32,000 nucleotides of DNA, from assembly GCF_008000775.2 (NCBI RefSeq), contig NZ_CP042905.2, positions 3,030,001-3,062,000 on the forward strand, read 5' to 3'. Made by a program: the position numbers and the translations under genes. Shown in pieces: positions 17,045 through 26,838 of the stretch (the first letter of the stretch is position 1; every line of letters begins with the position of its first letter). This DNA is from Promethearchaeum syntrophicum (GTDB lineage: Archaea > Asgardarchaeota > Lokiarchaeia > Sigyniarchaeales > Promethearchaeaceae). Below the pieces are notes generated by a model. The model was not told where the DNA came from, did no database searches, and worked only from the letters and a program-made list of their open reading frames with translations.

Positions 17045-18649
17045 TTAATTTGGTACAAAACCCTTATCATTCCCAGAATAATAAAGGAAAAACATTTCTT
17101 CAAGAATTTTTCGACTGTCAGATTCATTAAGCGGATTTTTTAGGGAAATTCCAAATTTGGAACATAAAAAGGAATATAATTCAAAATGTGGATTATAAAA
17201 TGCATAACCTTGGTCCATTTCATTTTTCCACAAGGTTAAATCTTTTATTTTGTAATGTTCCATCCATGGGTATATAATACCGGGTGAATGCTCAGCTTTT
17301 GTTAATACATCCAATTTTGATTGTAGCATAACGATTGTTTTAGCGATGGTATGAGATACTTTTCTTAATATTGCATGTTTATTTGTATAGAGATCTTCAA
17401 TGGAAACGGGGACCCTTAAATGCATTAAGATTCCTTGACCTTTTCTAAAATTGATATGCCCATACCCAATTACAATTTGATTAAAACTCATTTCGGCAAG
17501 GACTTTATTTATTTCTTCAAATGCTGAAAGTAATTTTAAGGGTGAAATCAAGATATCCTCAAATCCTGGATAAAGAACGAAGTCAGAATCCCTGCTTTCC
17601 TTACTCGAAATAGTTTGTAAAGCCATTGAGGCACGCTCTTCCAAATATACTTTAAATTCATCAAGATTTAGATTTTTAGTATCGAATTCTGAACTTTCCT
17701 TCGCGGTTTTTTCAAAATTCTCTAATATATCTTCCGATCCTTTTAATAAGATTGCCCATCTAGCGGGTTCTTTTTGATTTTTTGAAAAAAGTTGCCCAAA
17801 TAATCCTTTTAGAGGATTAATCGATAAAATAAATTCAGCTATCAACGGAAAAATTTCTTTATCTTGAATTGCTTGTAGACCTGTAAAAATATCTTCAAGA
17901 TTACTTCCATAAAGGAGTTTATATCTTAAATTTTCAGGATTCGAGGCAAGTTTTATCTTGGCATTAAGAATTAAACCATGACGGCCATTTCCACCAACGA
18001 TTTTCGGAAAATATGGATCATTCTCTGTAATTTTGACAAATTCCCCTTTGGGGTTTAGAATTTCCATTGATTCAATCCAATCTTCTATAGCACCTAATTT
18101 TCCAGAGGTTACTCCACTGGCATTGGTAGCAATAAGACCTCCAACACGAACGGGAAGTTTAAATGCACTACTCGGTTGTACTGGGAAAATAAACTTGTCA
18201 TTTGTGTCCATTGGAACTTTTCTGATCAGATCTGAAACCAAAAATTTCTGATCAATTTCAACCCAATTTTCATTTTTATTAATATTATAGCTTGTTTCTA
18301 AACTTTTTAAGCATTCTAAATCAACAACAACGAATGGATTGGCAAAACCACCAGATAATCCTGTCTTTCCGGCAGCAAAAGTAATTGGAATTTTATTAGT
18401 ACGACTTGCAATTATGATATTCTGAATTTGTTCACGAGATACAGGTTTAAGAAGAATTTCGGGAGAAAAATGCAAAAATGAACAATCTTGAATCGATCCA
18501 CCAAAAATTGGGTTATCTCTTTTTAGGATAATTCCAAAACCTGATTGTGAGATAATTCGGAATTTGCTAAGAGAAAGATTGGAGAAGCAGGTAAAACCTT
18601 TATTTTTTAATTCTTCAATAAAGCTTTCAATATTTTCCTGATTTACCAT
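17045..18649 (-). CDS. FAD-linked oxidase (GlcD / D-lactate dehydrogenase / PCMH-type FAD-binding family)
   Basis: PITFAAGKTGLSGGFANPFVVVDL and VGGLIATNASGVTSGKLGAIEDWIESMEILNPKGEFV are FAD_binding_4-type blocks, and there is a C-terminal AEHSPG (GEHGxG-like). The ORF track starts at 18727. I prefer the ATG at 18649 (MVNQENIESF...) because the extra 26 aa are hydrophobic, low-complexity sequence. Confidence 0.78.
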   Translation of the reverse strand: MVNQENIESFIEELKNKGFTCFSNLSLSKFRIISQSGFGIILKRDNPIFGGSIQDCSFLHFSPEILLKPVSREQIQNIIIASRTNKIPITFAAGKTGLSGGFANPFVVVDLECLKSLETSYNINKNENWVEIDQKFLVSDLIRKVPMDTNDKFIFPVQPSSAFKLPVRVGGLIATNASGVTSGKLGAIEDWIESMEILNPKGEFVKITENDPYFPKIVGGNGRHGLILNAKIKLASNPENLRYKLLYGSNLEDIFTGLQAIQDKEIFPLIAEFILSINPLKGLFGQLFSKNQKEPARWAILLKGSEDILENFEKTAKESSEFDTKNLNLDEFKVYLEERASMALQTISSKESRDSDFVLYPGFEDILISPLKLLSAFEEINKVLAEMSFNQIVIGYGHINFRKGQGILMHLRVPVSIEDLYTNKHAILRKVSHTIAKTIVMLQSKLDVLTKAEHSPGIIYPWMEHYKIKDLTLWKNEMDQGYAFYNPHFELYSFLCSKFGISLKNPLNESDSRKILEEMFFLYYSGNDKGFVPN

Positions 18650-18798
18650 CTGTTTAAACCCAAAAATAATTAAAAAATTAAAAAACATAAAATTTCCTAT
18701 TATATAAAGTTTAATTTTACCTAACACGAAATATTACTGGATTTCATAACCTTACATCATAAAAATCAAGAAATAATAAAAAAATTGAATAAAAAAAA

Positions 18799-19038
18799 TT
18801 AGTCTTCCTTAAAATCATCGAGTTGAATGGTGATTCGTTTTAATTCGCCTTTCGAAGAACCTTTACTTTTTCTTGGTAGTTTATCGATTAATTCCTTAAC
18901 GGCTGCACCGACTGCTTCATCAATGTACTCATGAACCTTGTCTTTCGCTTCCCCACTTATTCGGATCTTAGTTTCTCCCTCGATAAATAGCTCTTTTATT
19001 TTAGAGACTCGTATATATTTCGCTGTATATGCGCCCAT
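18799..19038 (-). CDS. Small histone-fold-like (DUF1931-type) protein
   Basis: 79 aa. SKIKELFIEGETKIRISGEAKDKVHEYIDEAVGAAVKELIDKL...KRITIQLDDF follows the helix-strand-helix pattern of archaeal histones and DUF1931 proteins (KVSxEAxxxLxExL...A...A...RKTIxxxD). A basic loop PRKSKGSSKGE is inserted. Confidence 0.5.
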   Translation of the reverse strand: MGAYTAKYIRVSKIKELFIEGETKIRISGEAKDKVHEYIDEAVGAAVKELIDKLPRKSKGSSKGELKRITIQLDDFKED

Positions 19039-19512
19039 ACTTTTTTCACATTTATTTGGTTTTCAGAATTCTGTATTTCACTTGCCTATAGAATTCTTAA
19101 TTAAATTATTAAGTACATCTATATAAATATATTGCAAAATTAGATAAAAAAAGCGACAAAATTTATCAAATGGGAAATAATTTTTATTCAAAACATCTCT
19201 ATCTCTATGGAAAACTAAATTTTATAATTAAAATTGACGTAAAGTAAAAACAGATGCCGAGAAAATCCCACAAAATGATATTAACTAAATGAAACATACT
19301 CTTTTACGTATTTAAAGGTTTTGGCTATTTCGACAAAAAATTTAACACACATACTCAGAAAACAAAAATTTTACAAGATCTCAACAAATGCAGAAAGTCA
19401 AAAAAAACGCATTTTTAACGAGATAGAGCCGATTTTATAAGAAAGACATCAAAAATTCTCAGAACTGTAAATTTTGTTAATTATATGAAGGAACTCAATT
19501 AAATTAAAATTT

Positions 19513-19710
19513 TCACCGATTATTTTGATTTCTCATTTTATACCATATCAATATTAACATAAGAACATATAGAATTGAGATTCCCAGAAAAATTACTGCC
19601 CAAGTATAATTGTCGTCTATAAAATAGCGAATAGTCTGATAAATGGGATATAATACCAGTAAGTATAGCAATCTAAAGCGATTTTTATTTTTCTGTTCAA
19701 GAGAAGACAT
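19513..19710 (-). CDS. Hypothetical 65-aa two-TM membrane microprotein
   Basis: It has an ATG start and two hydrophobic helices (FRLLYLLVLYPIY and WAVIFLGISILYVLMLILIW) flanked by basic residues. It is the only ORF in an 869-bp gap. There is no homology evidence. Confidence 0.4.
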   Translation of the reverse strand: MSSLEQKNKNRFRLLYLLVLYPIYQTIRYFIDDNYTWAVIFLGISILYVLMLILIWYKMRNQNNR

Positions 19711-19907
19711 TATATAAATAAAAACGGAAGAAAAATTTATTGTTTTTGGTTTTTTGGATTCATGCTATTAAAATTTAGAAATTATTTGTGCAGTAATTAA
19801 TTAAAAGGCTCAGATTATTAATTCATAAAATACTTAAAATCTTGTAAGTTTTCTATATATATACATTTAAATCATGGCCGTAATGACACGTAATATCGAT
19901 TAAATCA

Positions 19908-22118
19908 TTGATAATTATAATTGGGGGAATATTTATTAAGTTTAAGCTAGTTTCTGATTATGAACCAAAGGGAGATCAACCGAATGCTATTAAGGAACTT
20001 GTGGACGGAATTCGCAAAGGGCAAGGAAAAGAATTCCAAACGCTTCTAGGAGCCACGGGCACAGGTAAAACGTATACCATCGCCAACGTTATCTCCCAAG
20101 TTAATTTACCCACTTTAGTAATGGCTCCAAATAAACTATTGGCAGCGCAATTGTATCAAGAATTTAAGGATTTTTTTCCAGAAAATTCTGTGCACTATTA
20201 TATCTCATATTTTGACTACTATCAACCAGAAGCCTACCTACCCGCCAAGGGAATGTATATCGAGAAGGATTCTTCAGTAAATGAAGAAATTATGAAATAT
20301 CGATTAGCAAGTACCTATGCTTTAATGACCCGTCAAGATGTCATTGTAGTTGCTTCGGTATCATGTATTTATGGAATTGGAAATCCAAAGGAATGGGCGC
20401 AAAAAAGCCTATTGATTGAAAAAGGAATGGAAATTGACAGAAGAACTCTTATGAAAAAGTTGATTTCAATCAATTATAAAAGAAATGATGTTGATTTTTC
20501 TCGCGGAAAAATACGGGTTCGGGGGGATGTGGTTGATATTTTTCCAGGTTATTTTGATGTTTATTATAGAGTTACCCTTTTCGGGGATGAAATCGAAGAT
20601 ATTTTCGAAATGAACCCAATAACGAATGAAAAAATTCATGAATTTGATAACTTAAAGATATTTCCGACAAGCGAGTATGTTACCATAGAAGAATTAAAAG
20701 AAAAGATAATTCGAGAAGTTTTTGAAGAATTAGAAGACCGTCTCGAATACTTCAAATCGAATAAACAATGGGCAGAAGCTCAGCGTCTAGAGGAGCGAGT
20801 TAATTACGATATGGAAATGATTAGAGAAATGGGATATTGTAGCGGGATAGAAAATTACTCGAGATTTTTGGATCAACGAGAACCAGGTGCGACCCCAGCT
20901 TGTTTATATGATTATTTTCCTAAAGAATTTCTTCTAGTTATGGATGAATCCCATATTGGAATCCCTCAGATTCGGGGAATGATTAAGGGTGATCAAGCCC
21001 GTAAAAAAAATTTAGTTGATTATGGGTTTCGACTTCCAAGTGCTTTGGATAATCGACCATTAATGTTTGATGAATGGAGGAAAAAGGTCAGTCATGTGAT
21101 TTGTACAAGTGCAACACCAGGACCTTACGAACTTAAACAAGGTAATGGTAAATGGATAGATCAAGTTATTCGACCGACAGGTTTAGTTGATCCTGAAGTA
21201 GAAATACGTCCAGTTGAACACCAGATTGATGATTTATTAAATGAAATTCACGTTGAGATTAAAAAAGGAAATCGAGTATTAGTAACAACCTTAACCAAAA
21301 AAATGGCTGAAAATATAGCAGATTATTTTAAGGATTTGGGCATAAAAATTGAATATCTTCATTCAGATATCGATACAGTTGAACGAATGGAACTCATACG
21401 CGGATTAAGACAAGGAAATTTTGATGTATTAATCGGGATAAATCTTCTTCGTGAAGGATTAGACTTACCCGAAGTGGGGTTGGTTGCAATTCTCGACGGA
21501 GACAAAGCAGGTTTCTTAAGAGATACAAGATCTTTAATTCAGACTATCGGTCGTGCGTCTCGTAATGCTAGTGGTCGGGTAATTATTTATGCAGATAGAA
21601 TTACATCATCTATAGAAGCTGCAGTAAAAGAGACAGACAGACGACGTGCTAAACAGCTTGAATATAATGAAAAACATGGAATTACTCCGACCACCATTCA
21701 AAAACGAGTTCAAGAGTCACTATCAGAAAAACCTGATGAAGAAGAAGGTCCTTCAAAAACTTTTAGATCGGTACTTCATGCTGTAATTGAAAAGAACGAA
21801 AATGAAGAAGATATTTTGCAGCACTTAGAAATTTCTATGATGGAAGCTGCTAAAGAATTAGAATTTGAAAGAGCCGCACTCCTAAGAGATTTAATAAAAG
21901 ATATCAAAACAGGAAAAATGAAAATTGAAAAATTGAAGGAATCTATTTCAGAGGATCAATTTAAAATAAAAGATCAAGGTAAAAAGGTTCAACAAGATTC
22001 TCAAGATTACTCAGGATTTCAAATTATGGGAACAATTGAACACGTGAGTAAACGAGATTTTGATAGAGTTAAACCACAGAAAAAAACAACTAAAAAACGA
22101 AAGAAGAGAAGAAGGTAA
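19908..22118 (+). CDS. uvrB: Excinuclease ABC subunit B, with ~69-aa C-terminal extension ending in [12 protein letters not shown]
   Basis: [28 protein letters not shown] (Walker A), [10 protein letters not shown]-type block ([10 protein letters not shown]), [38 protein letters not shown] and the UVR domain ([17 protein letters not shown]) are all present. The only plausible start is the TTG at 19908, since the frame opens at 19887 with no ATG or GTG. Confidence 0.95.
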   Translation: MIIIIGGIFIKFKLVSDYEPKGDQPNAIKELVDGIRKGQGKEFQTLLGATGTGKTYTIANVISQVNLPTLVMAPNKLLAAQLYQEFKDFFPENSVHYYISYFDYYQPEAYLPAKGMYIEKDSSVNEEIMKYRLASTYALMTRQDVIVVASVSCIYGIGNPKEWAQKSLLIEKGMEIDRRTLMKKLISINYKRNDVDFSRGKIRVRGDVVDIFPGYFDVYYRVTLFGDEIEDIFEMNPITNEKIHEFDNLKIFPTSEYVTIEELKEKIIREVFEELEDRLEYFKSNKQWAEAQRLEERVNYDMEMIREMGYCSGIENYSRFLDQREPGATPACLYDYFPKEFLLVMDESHIGIPQIRGMIKGDQARKKNLVDYGFRLPSALDNRPLMFDEWRKKVSHVICTSATPGPYELKQGNGKWIDQVIRPTGLVDPEVEIRPVEHQIDDLLNEIHVEIKKGNRVLVTTLTKKMAENIADYFKDLGIKIEYLHSDIDTVERMELIRGLRQGNFDVLIGINLLREGLDLPEVGLVAILDGDKAGFLRDTRSLIQTIGRASRNASGRVIIYADRITSSIEAAVKETDRRRAKQLEYNEKHGITPTTIQKRVQESLSEKPDEEEGPSKTFRSVLHAVIEKNENEEDILQHLEISMMEAAKELEFERAALLRDLIKDIKTGKMKIEKLKESISEDQFKIKDQGKKVQQDSQDYSGFQIMGTIEHVSKRDFDRVKPQKKTTKKRKKRRR

Positions 22119-25096
22119 TGGGAAAAGATTTTATAATTATTAAAGGCGCACGACAGAATAACCTTAAAAATATTAGCCTTAAAATTCCTCGCGATAAGCT
22201 GGTGGTATTTACGGGATTAAGTGGGTCCGGTAAAAGTTCACTCGCAATAGATACAATTTATGCTGAAGGACAACGGCGATATTTAGAATCACTTAATACT
22301 TATGCACGTCAATTCTTGGGAAGTATGGATAAACCAGATTTAGATTATATCGAGGGGTTGAGTCCGTCTATTGCGATTGAACAAAAAGCAGTAAGTAAGA
22401 ATCCAAGAAGTACGGTAGGCACTGTTACTGAAATATACGATTATTTAAGACTTCTATATGCAAACGTCGGTATTCCTCACTGTCATATCTGTGGGGATGA
22501 AATCGAGCCATTAACTACCCAAGAAATGACCGCGAATATTTTAAAAAGTTTAGAAATTAATACAAAATTTCGAGTTTTAGCCCCAATCATCCAACGAAAG
22601 AAGGGAGAATACGGGGAAGTATTCAAACAATTAAAAAAAGAAGGTTATACCAGAGTTATTGTTGATAGAATCGAATTCCAGTTAGATGAAGAAATATCCT
22701 TGGATAAAAACAAATTTCATGATATTGATGTAGTACTTGACAGATTGGTAAAAAAGAACACTGAAAATTTTAGAAAACGACTTGCTGATGCTGTTGAACA
22801 AGCTTCTGAGTTAGCAGAAGGTTTAGTTAAAATATGGATTGTAGATTCAGAACCGAAAATATATTCAGAAAGTCTTTTTTGTCCAAAATGTGGTGTTTCA
22901 ATGCCAGAATTACGCGCTCAATTATTTTCATTTAACACGCCTCTAGGAATGTGCCCAAAATGTAATGGTTTAGGGACGTCATTCGCGTTCACTGAAAGTC
23001 GATTATTTCCTAATAAAGAACAAACAGTTTATGATAGTAATTTAAGACATATTGGCGGTTTTGGAACGTTAGATTCATATACATGGAAAATCATTGAATC
23101 TGTGGCCAAACATTACAAAATTGATTTAGATATCCCTATTGAAGAATTACCTACTAAATTCTGGAAAATTTTCCTTAGAGGATCAGGTAGGACAAAAATT
23201 GCATTTCATTTAGGTTCAGACCAAAAAGCAAATCCAGACAGTGAATACTCCTACAATTTCTCTCGCCCATTTGAGGGGATTTTAAATACTTTACAACGTC
23301 GATACTTACAAACTAATTCTGAATACTCAAGAGATTACTATGAGAAGTGGATGGATGAACAAACATGTGATCTTTGTCACGGTCTACGATTGAGACAAGA
23401 AGCTTTAGCAGTCACTATCAATGACATTAATATTGCCGAAATTACTAAGTATACAGTTGATCGAGCATTAGAATTCCTAAAAAAATTGAAAAAGCGACTG
23501 AACAAAAGACAAATGCTAATTGTTAAAGATGTTCTAAAGGAACTATTTGATCGCTATAAATTCTTACTAAATGTCGGTTTACACTATATTACAATGAACA
23601 GACAATCAAAAACACTATCAGGAGGAGAATCCGAACGGGTTCGGCTAGCGACACAGATAGGATCGAATTTAGTCGGTGTTTTATATGTCTTAGATGAACC
23701 ATCCATTGGACTTCACCCCAGAGATAAATTTAAATTAATCAGAATGCTCGAACAATTAAGAGATAATGGAAATTCTATTTTAGTAGTCGAGCATGATGAG
23801 GATATTATTCGTTCAGCAGATTTTGTAGTCGATCTTGGTCCAGGTGCGGGCATTCATGGAGGCAAGATAGTAGTTGCTGACACAGTAGATGTGGTTGAAA
23901 AACATCCAAAATCGATTACGGGAAAATATTTACGTGGGGATGCTTTTATACCTCTTCCGGGTTATAGAAGATCTGAGATTGAAAATTGGATTTCAATTAA
24001 GGGTGCGCGCGCAAATAATTTAAAAAATGTTGATATAAAAATTCCGTTAGGTGTTCTAACTGTTGTTACTGGAGTAAGTGGAGCGGGAAAATCCAGTTTG
24101 ATAATGGAGATTCTGTATAAAGGGCTGCATAAAAAAATTTCCCGTGATTCCAGATTAACTCCTGGTGAATTTGATGAAATTGAAGGGGCAGAATATATTG
24201 ATAAAATAATCCATATCGATCAAAGACCCATTGGAAGAACACCGCGATCAATTCCTGCTACTTATACAAAGATTTTCGATCATGTGAGAGATCTCTTTGA
24301 ACAAACTGAAGAAGCTAAAATTCGCGGGTACAAAAAAGGCCGTTTTAGTTTTAATGTAAAAAAGGGTCGATGTGAAAAATGCCAAGGTTCAGGGTTTAAT
24401 TTAATCGAGATGCAATTTTTGCCCTCCGTTTATGTAAGATGTGATGTTTGTAAAGGAAAACGTTATAATTCAGAAACTCTCGAGGTTAAATTCAAAGATA
24501 AGAATATTTCCGATGTTTTAGAAATGTCACATGAGGAAGCATATGAATTCTTTAAGAATTTTCCTAAGATAAGAAATATTATAAAAACCGTTAATGATGT
24601 CGGTTTGGGATATATCAAATTAGGTCAATCATCTACTACATTATCTGGTGGAGAAGCTCAACGAGTTAAACTTTCTCGAGAATTAAGTAAACGGAATACA
24701 GGAAAAACACTCTATATTTTAGATGAACCCACTACAGGATTACATTTTCACGATGTTCTTCAATTAATTCAAGTAATCCAAAAATTGGTTGATTTAGGTA
24801 ATTCAGTAATTATCATTGAGCATAATCTAGATATTATAAAATCTGCAGATTATATTGTTGATTTAGGCCCCGAGGGTGGAGATGAGGGAGGCAATATTGT
24901 TGGTTTAGGCACACCCAAGCAAATTGTAGAAAATCCGAATTCATATACAGGAGATTACCTTAAACCCATTTTAGATACCCATAACGAAAAAAACCATGTG
25001 GAATACGTGGAAGAACGTAAAAACATGCCAAAAATTAACCCTAACGTTACTAATAATGGTTTTTATCGAAACGGTAGAAAAAAAAAAATAAAGTAA
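22118..25096 (+). CDS. uvrA: Excinuclease ABC subunit A, with ~40-aa C-terminal extension ending in GRKKKIK
   Basis: [17 protein letters not shown], two Walker A sites ([11 protein letters not shown] and [10 protein letters not shown]), two ABC signatures ([12 protein letters not shown] and [12 protein letters not shown]) and zinc modules (CPKCG...CPKCNG and CEKCQGSG...CDVCKGKR) are present. The ATG overlaps the uvrB stop (TAATG at 22116-22120). Confidence 0.97.
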   Translation: MGKDFIIIKGARQNNLKNISLKIPRDKLVVFTGLSGSGKSSLAIDTIYAEGQRRYLESLNTYARQFLGSMDKPDLDYIEGLSPSIAIEQKAVSKNPRSTVGTVTEIYDYLRLLYANVGIPHCHICGDEIEPLTTQEMTANILKSLEINTKFRVLAPIIQRKKGEYGEVFKQLKKEGYTRVIVDRIEFQLDEEISLDKNKFHDIDVVLDRLVKKNTENFRKRLADAVEQASELAEGLVKIWIVDSEPKIYSESLFCPKCGVSMPELRAQLFSFNTPLGMCPKCNGLGTSFAFTESRLFPNKEQTVYDSNLRHIGGFGTLDSYTWKIIESVAKHYKIDLDIPIEELPTKFWKIFLRGSGRTKIAFHLGSDQKANPDSEYSYNFSRPFEGILNTLQRRYLQTNSEYSRDYYEKWMDEQTCDLCHGLRLRQEALAVTINDINIAEITKYTVDRALEFLKKLKKRLNKRQMLIVKDVLKELFDRYKFLLNVGLHYITMNRQSKTLSGGESERVRLATQIGSNLVGVLYVLDEPSIGLHPRDKFKLIRMLEQLRDNGNSILVVEHDEDIIRSADFVVDLGPGAGIHGGKIVVADTVDVVEKHPKSITGKYLRGDAFIPLPGYRRSEIENWISIKGARANNLKNVDIKIPLGVLTVVTGVSGAGKSSLIMEILYKGLHKKISRDSRLTPGEFDEIEGAEYIDKIIHIDQRPIGRTPRSIPATYTKIFDHVRDLFEQTEEAKIRGYKKGRFSFNVKKGRCEKCQGSGFNLIEMQFLPSVYVRCDVCKGKRYNSETLEVKFKDKNISDVLEMSHEEAYEFFKNFPKIRNIIKTVNDVGLGYIKLGQSSTTLSGGEAQRVKLSRELSKRNTGKTLYILDEPTTGLHFHDVLQLIQVIQKLVDLGNSVIIIEHNLDIIKSADYIVDLGPEGGDEGGNIVGLGTPKQIVENPNSYTGDYLKPILDTHNEKNHVEYVEERKNMPKINPNVTNNGFYRNGRKKKIK

Positions 25097-25273
25097 GATT
25101 TTCCTAGCTCAATAATTCAGTATAAAGTAAATATTCAGAAGCAATGGCCGCAATTAATATTATTGTCCAATAAACAACTCTGAATATTTTCCATATTTTT
25201 ATTTTATTATTTCTTAGTTTCATCAATAACGGTTCTTTTTCACTCAAAGGTTTTTCTCACTCTCCTCGATCTA

Positions 25274-25432
25274 TTAAAGTAAAAAATTTGATCCAAACGC
25301 AATTAATGGATATAATACCAGAAATCCAACCACAATCATCAAGATTATTTCAGAGATAAACTTAAATCTTGTTTTTAAACTTTCATTTGATTTTTTTGCT
25401 TTGATTTCCTTAAGTTCATCGTTTTCAGCCAT
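25274..25432 (-). CDS. 52-aa tail-anchored membrane microprotein, translationally coupled to the upstream beta-propeller gene
   Basis: The ORF track gives 25274..25462. I prefer the ATG at 25432 (MAENDELKEIK...) because it is preceded by AGGAGGT with a 7-nt spacer (minus strand gcaggaggtaattaaaatg). That Shine-Dalgarno is embedded in the last codons of the upstream gene. The TM segment is IILMIVVGFLVLYPLIAF. Confidence 0.55.
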   Translation of the reverse strand: MAENDELKEIKAKKSNESLKTRFKFISEIILMIVVGFLVLYPLIAFGSNFLL

Positions 25433-25433
25433 T

Positions 25434-26744
25434 TTAATTACCTCCTGCAATATCATCAGCATAAGCTAATAAGCCTATTATGCTAACTTTCGCCATTCGT
25501 ATGTCAGTTTTCGGGAAAAATGCCAACCCTACAAACCAAGCGTAATCTTTCTTGATTAGGTTTGTATAATAGCATATATAAACTGATCCATCTTTAATAA
25601 CCACGCCTGTATATGCAGTATCACCATTGCTGGGTAAATCAAATAACAAAACCAATCTATCATTTTTTACTTCATAAAATGCAGTTCTCTTCTTAGCAAA
25701 ATGATTTCCCATATCATCCCTAGGACCTAAATGATTTCTTCCGACACCAAACGTTCGATTGTTTATGGTAAAAAGAGTTGCTCCATCAAATCTAGTTTGG
25801 AAATCTGATGAAAAACTCCACTTTGTAAAATTCTCTGAACTAATCCCAATTACTGTTGCGCCATGTGGAGTCCCAAAAGCATAACCCGGTAACCCCATGC
25901 TTCCAACTCTGTGCGTGGAAATAATTTCTCCATTGGGAAGAAAATCTATGCAGGCTTCTCCATTTCCATATCTTGTATATACTTCAGATACCTCATTCCA
26001 ATGATGACCATCTATACTGCTTAAAAGAATTGTAATGGTATTGGCTACATCTGCATCATGCTCTGTCCCTGCGATTTCACCGTATTTTCTCCCTGAAGCA
26101 AGAACATACCAAGTAATATCATCTGGAGTTTTCGGTCTCCATAAATTCCAACCACCAGTTAAGAAGTTTTGATTTGTACCATTTGAGAAGGTATAAGTAA
26201 CATTTACTTCTAATTCCTTTGGGGTTGGAAATGTCTGAAATCCATCATCGCTATAAGTATAGAACGTAGTATTGGGTCCAGGATCGAAATTATAATTCGG
26301 TAGAAAATAAAGGAATAATTTCCCTCCAATTTCTGCAAATTTCGGATCACGAACGTCAGTATTTGGAACTTTAATTTTTGCCACTTCCTCCCAACTACCT
26401 TCCGAAGCATCCGATGATTTTTTTATCACTAAACATCCTTTCGTATCTTGCAGATGCCATTTGGTTTGGGCGTGTATTAAATAAAAGTTATTGTCATGAA
26501 AAATCATATCTGTATTAGATTTATGTTGTTCACTTCGGTTATTTCCCGCTTCAGCAACCGTCCAATCTTCATATTGCAAAATTGGGTCATATGTATAATC
26601 TGGAGGGGCTCTCACTTGATTAAAAACCAACCATGCCCCAAAAAATGCGATTGGGCTGATTATTACAATATAGATGATGATTAATGTGAATTTCATTATT
26701 TTTTTATTTTTTAATCCAAATTTGAGATTTATTTTCCCACTCAT
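25434..26744 (-). CDS. N-terminally membrane-anchored extracellular protein, probable BNR/sialidase-like beta-propeller
   Basis: 436 aa. The N-terminal TM is FTLIIIYIVIISPIAFFGAWLVF. Degenerate Asp-box-like motifs are YSDDGFQTF, SSIDGHHWNEV and SSDASEGSWEEV (consensus SxDxGxTW). The aromatic/Gly-rich, beta-rich composition fits a propeller. An alternative start is the ATG at 26696. Confidence 0.55.
   Translation of the reverse strand: MSGKINLKFGLKNKKIMKFTLIIIYIVIISPIAFFGAWLVFNQVRAPPDYTYDPILQYEDWTVAEAGNNRSEQHKSNTDMIFHDNNFYLIHAQTKWHLQDTKGCLVIKKSSDASEGSWEEVAKIKVPNTDVRDPKFAEIGGKLFLYFLPNYNFDPGPNTTFYTYSDDGFQTFPTPKELEVNVTYTFSNGTNQNFLTGGWNLWRPKTPDDITWYVLASGRKYGEIAGTEHDADVANTITILLSSIDGHHWNEVSEVYTRYGNGEACIDFLPNGEIISTHRVGSMGLPGYAFGTPHGATVIGISSENFTKWSFSSDFQTRFDGATLFTINNRTFGVGRNHLGPRDDMGNHFAKKRTAFYEVKNDRLVLLFDLPSNGDTAYTGVVIKDGSVYICYYTNLIKKDYAWFVGLAFFPKTDIRMAKVSIIGLLAYADDIAGGN
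25441..25447 (-). promoter_or_regulatory. Shine-Dalgarno AGGAGGT for the 52-aa microprotein, inside the 3' end of the preceding gene
   Basis: The minus strand reads gca gga ggt aat taa a atg. The upstream stop at 25434-25436 is 1 nt from the ATG. Confidence 0.5.
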
Positions 26745-26804
26745 ATTTTTAGCTCGATATAAATCTAAATAAATGTTTATTTTGAGTGTAGATCTTTAAG
26801 AAGT

Positions 26805-26816
26805 AAAATATTTAAT
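26805..26816 (+). promoter_or_regulatory. Candidate TATA box (aaaatatttaat) ~29 nt upstream of the ATG at 26839
   Basis: It lies in a divergent intergenic region, and there is no Shine-Dalgarno before the ATG. Confidence 0.3.
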
Positions 26817-26838
26817 ACTACATAGCGAGATTAAGACA

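Noticed and set aside
18650-18727. A 26-codon hydrophobic N-terminal extension of the FAD oxidase ORF.
   Set aside because: Members of this family are soluble. The sequence MLGKIKLYIIGNFMFFNFLIIFGFKQ looks like translated AT-rich promoter DNA. I prefer the ATG at 18649, without proof.
19285-19440. A 51-codon open frame with a TTG start in the long gap upstream of uvrB.
   Set aside because: It has no ATG, no motifs and no initiation signals. Its length is within chance expectation.
19039-19907. A possible replication origin, suggested by the long AT-rich intergenic region.
   Set aside because: There is no adjacent orc1/cdc6 gene and no repeated ORB or mini-ORB boxes. Only single weak tggaaa-containing matches occur, at about 19170 and 19208.
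25104-25223. A 39-aa minus-strand ORF (MKLRNNKIKIWKIFRVVYWTIILIAAIASEYLLYTELLS) between uvrA and the microprotein gene.
   Set aside because: It has one plausible TM helix but no Shine-Dalgarno or TATA at a sensible distance. It is short enough to arise by chance, so it is not reported as a feature.
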